A DNA stretch of 64,000 nucleotides from the IMG/VR virus record IMGVR_UViG_3300010403_000705, positions 124,001-188,000 of that record; one strand, given 5' to 3'. This document shows, piece by piece, positions 25,847 through 33,251 of this stretch (position 1 is its first letter; each line of letters starts with the position of its first letter). A program made the position numbers and the translations under genes. The notes beneath the pieces were generated by a model. That model worked only from the letters and a program-made list of their open reading frames with translations. It had not been told where the DNA came from and made no database searches.

Positions 25847-26461
25847 ATGGATCCTTTAATTATATTGTTATATGTGTTAGAATTAACTACTGCTATAGTA
25901 GCTATTCGTCAACATTTTAAATGGACAGCGTGCTTTTTATCTTTTTCCTTTTTATTAGATATTATCAATTTATTAATAACCCAGTACAACAATCATTATT
26001 CCAGCAAACCATATGCTGGAATTAATTTTTTATTGTGGATTATTAGTATGGCATGTTATTTAGGTATTTGTAACTTACTTTGTTTCATTACTAGTATCGT
26101 TTATAAAAACAAAAAATGGGCTTGTATCAATATTTTTGTTTATTTTATATCTATTTTTTATTTAACTATATATTATTTATCATTATCTGATATTGTAACC
26201 TCAAAACTTATAAATATATATTATATTATATTTATGTTTATTAATAGTTTAATATTAATTAGTAAAATTAAAGCAGGTTTTGGCATGGATAAATTTGTTT
26301 TGTTATTATGCTCTATTGGTGGACTAACAGAATTTCTAATTATTCAACAATATTCTTTTTCCAAATATTATCTATTAAATATTAGTAATGCTATTTTTTA
26401 TCTGATGGTGATTGCGATAATATGGATGCACGGGAAGTTAAATCGTTTAATTCCTGTATAA
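25847..26461 (+). CDS. polytopic membrane protein
   Basis: 204 aa with about 6-7 long hydrophobic segments. Confidence 0.75.
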   Translation: MDPLIILLYVLELTTAIVAIRQHFKWTACFLSFSFLLDIINLLITQYNNHYSSKPYAGINFLLWIISMACYLGICNLLCFITSIVYKNKKWACINIFVYFISIFYLTIYYLSLSDIVTSKLINIYYIIFMFINSLILISKIKAGFGMDKFVLLLCSIGGLTEFLIIQQYSFSKYYLLNISNAIFYLMVIAIIWMHGKLNRLIPV

Positions 26462-26690
26462 GAGTAATTGATTTATTTTGTACTTGTATTGATATTTTAG
26501 TTAGTTCAATTAATTTTATTTCTTCTTCTTTTAATTGATGTCTAATTATTTTATTACGGTAGAACAAATATTTCATTTCTGCAACTAAATAAAAAAAAAG
26601 GCAACCCGCAATTAATAAGATAGATATAGTAATATACAGAAAAAAAATTCCTAATTTATATATTAGGTTTAGCAGGATTAGATAAAACAT
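26391..26690 (-). CDS. single-TM protein with coiled-coil tail
   Basis: 99 aa; N-terminal hydrophobic stretch then charged heptads; overlaps both neighbours, start uncertain. Confidence 0.5.
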   Translation of the reverse strand: MFYLILLNLIYKLGIFFLYITISILLIAGCLFFYLVAEMKYLFYRNKIIRHQLKEEEIKLIELTKISIQVQNKSITLIQELNDLTSRASILSQSPSDKK

Positions 26691-27171
26691 CTTTTTTGGC
26701 TCCTGCTGTCTTTAAATCAAACTCATTAGTATATAACCGTCTTGCTTCAAGCGTAAAATTAGGATTGCTTTTATCTCTTTCTTTGTTAAGCACTAATGTT
26801 AGTTGATCAATTTTATTATTTCTTATCTCTTCTCTAATTTCTTCCATTTCCTGATCTATTTTACTAGTTAATCTTGCTTCAACCATAAATAAACCTTCTT
26901 TAAAAGAAACTATTGCTTCAGATACTCTTTCTAAAGCTCGAGATGAGTTTTCATATAAACTAAAATATCTTTCATTTATTTTGATTAGTTCGTCTGTTTT
27001 GCGATCTAGTGCTACATTACGGGCATCAAAATAAATTTTAATTCCATTTATTAACGCGTCTCGTTTAAACCAAAAAACCAAAAGCACAAATGTTAATACT
27101 AGCGCTAAAGAATGATTAATAGCTGCTTGTAAAATAGAGTCAAAACTAATGATTATATCTTGATTTGGCAT
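26656..27171 (-). CDS. single-TM coiled-coil protein (holin-like topology, unproven)
   Basis: 171 aa; SLALVLTFVLLVFWF then a charged helical tail. Confidence 0.55.
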   Translation of the reverse strand: MPNQDIIISFDSILQAAINHSLALVLTFVLLVFWFKRDALINGIKIYFDARNVALDRKTDELIKINERYFSLYENSSRALERVSEAIVSFKEGLFMVEARLTSKIDQEMEEIREEIRNNKIDQLTLVLNKERDKSNPNFTLEARRLYTNEFDLKTAGAKKDVLSNPAKPNI

Positions 27172-27178
27172 TCTATTA

Positions 27179-27574
27179 TTATCCTTTTTTAATAAGTGGC
27201 TGTGTATCCATTTCTGCTAATTCTGCGTTTTCAGAAGCAAAATCTACATCACTTAAATTAAGTTCTTCATATTTTTCATTCTTAATTATGTATATAGATT
27301 TCTCTCTTGATGGAATCATATTTTCACGCTTGAATGGTACATTATTTGTTGTATTATTTATTTCAGGATTAACTTTCCTTATAAATATTTTATTACGTTT
27401 TTTAAACAAAGATCCTTGAGAAGCTGATTGTATTAACTGATTTTTAGTAAAAGAATAATGCTTATCGTCTAATAAATTAACAGAAGAGAATGCTCTAATA
27501 GTTAAGTTAAGATCTGACAAGCTGACATTCATATTAGAAATATTAGTGACCCAAAAAGATTCTTTGTATTTCAT
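27179..27574 (-). CDS. hypothetical protein, possible homolog of the N-terminal domain of 17987..19639
   Basis: FWVTNIS...VNLL...QLIQSASQGSLFKK resembles FVVKNVT...LDVM...DIRTSLIKGDLKNK. Confidence 0.6.
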   Translation of the reverse strand: MKYKESFWVTNISNMNVSLSDLNLTIRAFSSVNLLDDKHYSFTKNQLIQSASQGSLFKKRNKIFIRKVNPEINNTTNNVPFKRENMIPSREKSIYIIKNEKYEELNLSDVDFASENAELAEMDTQPLIKKG

Positions 27575-27644
27575 TATGTTTATAATGTGTATATATTCAT
27601 AATTTTTAGTTGATATTAAGATATTATCATATAGTGAATTAAAT

Positions 27645-27980
27645 ATGCAAATACTTTCTTATTTCCCAGGACAAAAAGTAGTTATTTTTTTGGAAACTGT
27701 GAACAATAATAATGTTCGTACTGATAGTGTAACTTTACCAATAGTTGATAGAGTCATTTTTCCAGGATTAACTTTAGCTTCAGGATATCCTCAGACTATG
27801 ACACAATTAGACATAGGTTTATATTACTATCAGTTTATCTTACCATCTGGGGCTTCTTCTGTAGGAAATTATTTGATAGATGTTTCATTTGTTAATCCGG
27901 TCAATGGATTTAGTAATAATGAAATATATCAAATTATAGTTAATGCGCCTTTTGGTAATTTTGGCACAACAATAGGATAA
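27645..27980 (+). CDS. Ig-like virion structural protein
   Basis: 111 aa; GLYYYQF...GNYLIDV strands resemble the N-terminal part of the next gene (GKYSFIY...GVFNDIW). Confidence 0.55.
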   Translation: MQILSYFPGQKVVIFLETVNNNNVRTDSVTLPIVDRVIFPGLTLASGYPQTMTQLDIGLYYYQFILPSGASSVGNYLIDVSFVNPVNGFSNNEIYQIIVNAPFGNFGTTIG

Positions 27981-27982
27981 TT

Positions 27983-28882
27983 ATGTTAATTAAAGCTAGA
28001 GGAGAATTAATTGATGTTACTGATCAGGTAAATCTAACAGTACAATTTAAAGACACTTCTGGTGTGGCAATTGATACTGATTCATTTCCACAAATATCTA
28101 TTATTCAGCCAAGTGGTTTAGTTGCTTTAGCTCCTACTTCTGCTGGTGTCAGTAAAATCGCACCAGGGAAATATTCCTTCATTTACACTGTTCCTATAAA
28201 CGGTCCTTATGGAGTTTTTAATGATATATGGACTGGGTTTATTAATGGTTTTAGGATAGAGGCTACTTTTTCTTTTGTAGTCGCGCATACACAGTTGCCA
28301 GCTATAAATACTGATGGATATGTACATTTGGGCGATGATCCAGGTTTTAACTATTCACAATGTGCTACAAAAAATATTGATAAATTAATCAAGGCTCTTA
28401 GAGCAAGATTAAATAGTGCTGGAAAAGCTAAATCAACTGATTCTTTCGGAAATGTAGTATATGTAGATTGTGATATTTTTTCTATAGATATGTTAGTAAC
28501 TTTTTTAGCCACAGCTCTTTGGGATTTTAATCAGGTTCCATTTTTTACTTTTTTTACTTTTGATGATGATGGTTTTGTTGAACAATTTGGTGAAATCTTA
28601 GTAGAAGGTGCTACTTTATATTCATTATCCTCTAAGGCTTTGATAGAAAGAGGTAGAGAATTTCAATTCACTGATAATGGATTAAATTTTAATCCACCTA
28701 CAATAAGTGAATTAATGAGCACTCAATACAGTACTCTTCTCAGTCATTATTGGGAAAAATTAAAATATATTAAAAATAGTTTAAGACCAGCGCCTAGAGG
28801 TTTAGGAGTATTTAGTATGACAAGTGCTATAAATCCTGCTTTTGCTCGACTTAGACATCTTAGAGCTCGTAGATTAATATAA
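27983..28882 (+). CDS. putative head-tail adaptor (neck) protein
   Basis: 299 aa; Ig-like N-terminus plus helical C-terminal domain; lies between capsid and tail genes. Confidence 0.5.
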   Translation: MLIKARGELIDVTDQVNLTVQFKDTSGVAIDTDSFPQISIIQPSGLVALAPTSAGVSKIAPGKYSFIYTVPINGPYGVFNDIWTGFINGFRIEATFSFVVAHTQLPAINTDGYVHLGDDPGFNYSQCATKNIDKLIKALRARLNSAGKAKSTDSFGNVVYVDCDIFSIDMLVTFLATALWDFNQVPFFTFFTFDDDGFVEQFGEILVEGATLYSLSSKALIERGREFQFTDNGLNFNPPTISELMSTQYSTLLSHYWEKLKYIKNSLRPAPRGLGVFSMTSAINPAFARLRHLRARRLI

Positions 28883-28885
28883 TTA

Positions 28886-29677
28886 TTATGAATGTTGAAC
28901 TTTAAGAATTAAAGTTTGAACTAAATCAGGATTAGTATCTATACCTCCCCATGGATTTAATATCTTAGCTAATGGAGTAATATTTTGGTGTGTGATTTTT
29001 TTCCATTTATCCTCAAAATAAGGTATTTTTAGTTCCTCAAAAATAATTGGACATTTTTTTAAATTCCATTGATCAATTTTATTAGTTAAATTTGAGTTTA
29101 AATTTCCTATATGTTTATAGCTATAACCATTATGAAACTCTCCCATTAATTTACAAATAATATGTACTGATAAATTAGATACATTAATATCTAATAAAAT
29201 ACTTAATCTATAGAAATATTGTTTTTCTGTTATTGATTTTATTATAGGAATCTTATATAATTCTTCTATTGTATTAAAATAGTTTATGTGACGATTATAT
29301 TCTTCAGTTATTAACTTATATTTTTTTGATAATAAATTACAGCCACATGATGTAACAAGATTATCACGTAATTTATAAGTTGCGGTAATTATATTTTTTC
29401 CACAATCACATTGACACATCCAATATTTTCTGCCCTTAGAATAATCGGGTCCGATAACAAATAAATTTCCAAATCTTTTTCCAATAAGATTTGGAGAATG
29501 ATTACATCCACATGAAGTACTGTTACCAGTTCTTAAAGAATTTGAAGTAATAATTTTTTGTATACCACATTCACATTGACATAGCCATTGTGTTTTTCCA
29601 CATTTATTTTTATTTTGCTGATTAATAACTTGCCAAAATCCAAATCTTTGATTAGTTAAATCTATAAATTTCCCCAT
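28886..29677 (-). CDS. homing-endonuclease-associated Cys-repeat protein, nuclease domain not recognised
   Basis: Two tandem (D/N)L.(N/G).RFG...W.CQC(E/D)CG...(T)SCGC modules as in phage HNH/AP2 endonucleases; C-terminal ~145 aa has no clear HNH or GIY-YIG motif. Confidence 0.65.
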   Translation of the reverse strand: MGKFIDLTNQRFGFWQVINQQNKNKCGKTQWLCQCECGIQKIITSNSLRTGNSTSCGCNHSPNLIGKRFGNLFVIGPDYSKGRKYWMCQCDCGKNIITATYKLRDNLVTSCGCNLLSKKYKLITEEYNRHINYFNTIEELYKIPIIKSITEKQYFYRLSILLDINVSNLSVHIICKLMGEFHNGYSYKHIGNLNSNLTNKIDQWNLKKCPIIFEELKIPYFEDKWKKITHQNITPLAKILNPWGGIDTNPDLVQTLILKVQHS

Positions 29678-29692
29678 TTTAACCCCTTTATA

Positions 29693-29734
29693 TGTTGAAA
29701 TAAGTTTGAGTTTAAACTCAAACTTATTTCAACA
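29693..29734. repeat. perfect 42-bp palindrome
   Basis: tgttgaaataagtttgagttt|aaactcaaacttatttcaaca; second half is the exact reverse complement of the first. Confidence 0.97.
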
Positions 29735-29762
29735 ACTATTCAAATTGCTATAGATATAAAAA

Positions 29763-30749
29763 TTACACAGGTATTACTGGAGCAACACCTCTAGCAAAAT
29801 AAGCAGCCAATTGAGCTTCAGCTTTTGTAGCTTTATCACGTAAACGATCTGTTTCTATTCTATTAATAATATCTCTTGTATGAGAATTTTCAACTTGAAT
29901 TTTTTCTTTTAGATCATTATAACGATCTGAAACTTCTTTAGATAATTGTGCAGCAAGTTTTTCTGACAATAATGTTTGATCTTTAAATTGTAATAAGTTT
30001 TGCATTTGGTTAGTGTATGCGGTTTTCTCAGTTTCTGCATGTAATTTTAGTGTAAGAATTGCTTGATCTTTAAAAGCAAGAGCATTATCTCTAAAACCTT
30101 CAAATGATAATATTTGTATTTCTTTGCGCGCATCTTGAATTTTGTTTCCTAAATCATCAAATTTTTCACAGTTATTCATTAATATTTCTCTAAAATTTGA
30201 TGCTAACATTTCTCTAGTTCTAGTTTCTGCTTTTAAATTTTCTAATTCTGAATCTTTTATTTCTTGAACAATTTTTGCTTTAGTTTTTTCAGTTATGAAT
30301 TGAGATTCTTTAACATCTTCAATAGTTTTAATAAACCTATCAGCAGATGATCTATCTAATCTTGCTTCAGCATCTTTAATATCTTTAATAGTATGCATGA
30401 ATCTATTACTTGATGCTCTATCTAATTCTGCTTCAGAATCTTTTATTGTTTTTACAATATCAGCATACTGTAAACCGCCTGATCTTTCTAAATCTGCTTG
30501 TGCATCTTTTACGGTACATAATACATCAGCCTCAGCATCTTTAATAGTACATACTACATTGCCATACCTAGTACCTTCGTTATTACTTAAATCAGTAATA
30601 GCTGATAATACATGTTCAGAAGGACTATATCTATTACAGTCTTCTTTTGTTGCAATAATAGTTTTTACACTCACACTTTTTTCTTTATTATTTGTGCCAT
30701 CTTCTGCTACCACTGTATTATTTCCTGTTGGAATAAGTTCTACTACCAT
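29763..30749 (-). CDS. 11/22-residue repeat coiled-coil protein
   Basis: 328 aa; AGGAG SD; repeats TIKDAEAD, TVKDAQAD, TIKDSEAE, DIKDAEAR, DVKESQ, EIKDSELE. Confidence 0.75.
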   Translation of the reverse strand: MVVELIPTGNNTVVAEDGTNNKEKSVSVKTIIATKEDCNRYSPSEHVLSAITDLSNNEGTRYGNVVCTIKDAEADVLCTVKDAQADLERSGGLQYADIVKTIKDSEAELDRASSNRFMHTIKDIKDAEARLDRSSADRFIKTIEDVKESQFITEKTKAKIVQEIKDSELENLKAETRTREMLASNFREILMNNCEKFDDLGNKIQDARKEIQILSFEGFRDNALAFKDQAILTLKLHAETEKTAYTNQMQNLLQFKDQTLLSEKLAAQLSKEVSDRYNDLKEKIQVENSHTRDIINRIETDRLRDKATKAEAQLAAYFARGVAPVIPV

Positions 30750-30882
30750 TTTATTCTCCTTCTTTATATTGGTAAATTATTTTGAATTACCAAATAACTG
30801 ATTAAATAGTAAAAGAATAGCAGAAAGTCGCATGTACATACATCACTTTTAAATCACATTATAGAGTGGTATCAAGCTAACA

Positions 30883-31458
30883 ATGAATATACCATCAGTT
30901 AAATATAATTATAATATGTCGTTATTTTACTATAAAAGTATGTCTAAAAATAAAAAACTACCATTATCACAAGTGAAAAAATTACCTTATCAGTCTCTTA
31001 ATCGCATGTTAAAAAAATTAAGAGAATTCTTAAAAAATGATGAAGTAGTAAAAAAGATGTTTAAAGAATATGAAGTGGATATTGCAGAAATAGATTATAT
31101 TCCCATGAAGTTTGGTAATCTTGATGTATCCGCGAAAACAGATCACGGAGTGATAATTTATAATTATAGATTGTTAACGGATGGAGATTTTTTTAAAGAT
31201 TTTTCTTATGGTGTACATGAGATGACGCACTGGTTACAGCAAACAACTGGAACAAAACCAACACAAAGTTCTGATGATGGTAATTATTTAGATAATCCAT
31301 ATGAACAAGAAGGTTTTCAAAATCAAGTAAATTATATTGCACAGCATTTCGGGGATGATGAAGCTGAAGAATATGTAGATCAATTATTAGAACATCATGA
31401 AGTAGAGGACAAAGAAGAAAAAGAAGATAAAAAAGAAACGTTAATGGCTAAAGTATAA
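30883..31458 (+). CDS. putative zinc metallopeptidase (HExxH)
   Basis: VHEMTHWLQ followed by YLDNPYEQEGF supplying a likely third ligand; true start may be a later ATG. Confidence 0.7.
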   Translation: MNIPSVKYNYNMSLFYYKSMSKNKKLPLSQVKKLPYQSLNRMLKKLREFLKNDEVVKKMFKEYEVDIAEIDYIPMKFGNLDVSAKTDHGVIIYNYRLLTDGDFFKDFSYGVHEMTHWLQQTTGTKPTQSSDDGNYLDNPYEQEGFQNQVNYIAQHFGDDEAEEYVDQLLEHHEVEDKEEKEDKKETLMAKV

Positions 31459-31555
31459 TTTACTCACATATAAATAACTACTTCCCCTATTATATAGTCC
31501 CCAACTTTTTGTCGAGAGTCTTTGGATAATCAAATCAATAAAAAAGAATAATAAT

Positions 31556-33133
31556 ATGCCATACTATTTAAATCCAATTAGAGCGGGTCTAGATGCAGTA
31601 TCATCTTTGGGTGACGGATATAGTATAAACATAAGATGGTTCCAAGCTTATCCCAGCATCAAAACAAATAAAATAGCTTATCATATATATTTTTCTACTG
31701 CAAAAGAAAATGTATTTTCAGAAGGGATTAAATATGTTTCTATAGATGATTCATTAGAAGCAAATATTATAGATTTAACTCCTGGTCAAGAATATTTTTT
31801 TAGTGTACGTCCAGTTGAATATAATTTTAACATGTTTAATTTGAATTTGCTTCCTATTGCTTATGATAATATTAGAGTTTATCCTATTAGTATGCTTAGA
31901 CAAAACATTTCAGAAACAGATTTAGTAATTCCTTTATTAGATGTAATAGGATTTCCTAATACTGGCGTAATAAAAATTGGTGTAGAACTAATACAATATT
32001 CCTCAATAGATAACTTGAATAACAATTTATTATTAACAAATTTAAATCAACGTGGTCTATTTAAGAGTAAGATAAGTTTACATACTTCAAATGGTTTTGA
32101 TGGATACAAGTTAAGAGATCCAATAGTTACATTATTTACGGAAGAAGAATCTAATTTATTTGATAGAATTTTTGTCTGTCAGTGTCGTTTTGAATATCCA
32201 AACTATGCTTTTACTATTGTAGACGGATATCATCAAGTTACTAAAGATTTACTGTCAACTGATTTAGAAGCTTCTGATGCTGCTAACACTAATTTTCCTT
32301 CATATGATTATGCCGGATATCACCGCACAGATCCCGTTCAACTTTTAAATGGTACATGTGTAGGTAGTTATATTGGTGGTGAAATGGGCTGCATAGACGG
32401 CTATGGTAATTATAATATATTAAGAGGGCTTAATTTACAAGATCAGAATACGCAAAGACAAGAAATGGAATTGTCTGTTACCGGTAGACCTGCTGTATTA
32501 ATAAGAAGAGTTCAAACAGGTATTACTTGTGCATGTTATTTAGCTTCCAGTGAGTACCCCGATGATCGTTGCCCTCTTTGTTATGGTACCAAGTTTGTAT
32601 TTGGATATGAACAATATTTTAATCCAAAAAGATCAGATGGTAGAATCATGGTTCGTCCAGGACCCACAGATGAAAATACAAAAATGTATGAAGCAGGACT
32701 AGAATCTGAATTTCCATTAAGTTTATGGACATTAACAGTCCCAACAATTAAAACTAGAGATATAATAATTTTATTTGATTTAGCGGGAAATGAAGAATTT
32801 AGATATGAAGTTATTACAGTAACTCGAAATAATACTATTTTAGGTCAACAAGGTGGACAATTACTTAAGGTCATGAGAATAAGAAAATTTGACCCAGCTT
32901 ATCAGATTAGAGTGTTTAGAGATACTTCTATGTTTCCTTCAAAATTATCTACTAGTATTAGTTTTGTACCTGGAATACCACCTCATTTACATGAGATTGT
33001 AATCAACGAAAAAATTATTTCTATAACTCAAATAAATGAGACTACAGCTCTTAGTCAGGGTCATAATCACCCTATTGTAAATGGAAAAATAATGGAAGTA
33101 TTAGGACATACTCATCAAATTATTCTTATTTGA
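31556..33133 (+). CDS. putative neck/head-closure protein with extra domains
   Basis: 525 aa; FN3/Ig-like N-terminus, CxC...CPLCYGT motif, C-terminal HxH repeats; precedes tail genes. Confidence 0.55.
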   Translation: MPYYLNPIRAGLDAVSSLGDGYSINIRWFQAYPSIKTNKIAYHIYFSTAKENVFSEGIKYVSIDDSLEANIIDLTPGQEYFFSVRPVEYNFNMFNLNLLPIAYDNIRVYPISMLRQNISETDLVIPLLDVIGFPNTGVIKIGVELIQYSSIDNLNNNLLLTNLNQRGLFKSKISLHTSNGFDGYKLRDPIVTLFTEEESNLFDRIFVCQCRFEYPNYAFTIVDGYHQVTKDLLSTDLEASDAANTNFPSYDYAGYHRTDPVQLLNGTCVGSYIGGEMGCIDGYGNYNILRGLNLQDQNTQRQEMELSVTGRPAVLIRRVQTGITCACYLASSEYPDDRCPLCYGTKFVFGYEQYFNPKRSDGRIMVRPGPTDENTKMYEAGLESEFPLSLWTLTVPTIKTRDIIILFDLAGNEEFRYEVITVTRNNTILGQQGGQLLKVMRIRKFDPAYQIRVFRDTSMFPSKLSTSISFVPGIPPHLHEIVINEKIISITQINETTALSQGHNHPIVNGKIMEVLGHTHQIILI

Positions 33134-33251
33134 TTATTAATATTTCTATATTATGAGTACAACCAATTAGATTATTTTTAAATATAATTCTATAGTTAAG
33201 ATAATAAGATCACATAAATGATACAAATTCATGAAATTGATATGAGGAACG

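Noticed and set aside
27165-27419. Plus-strand 84-aa ORF
   Set aside because: Shadow of the better-supported minus-strand gene 27179..27574
31469-31476. T4-type late promoter TATAAATA
   Set aside because: Only isolated matches (also 3926) in a very AT-rich sequence and not found upstream of capsid, sheath or tube genes
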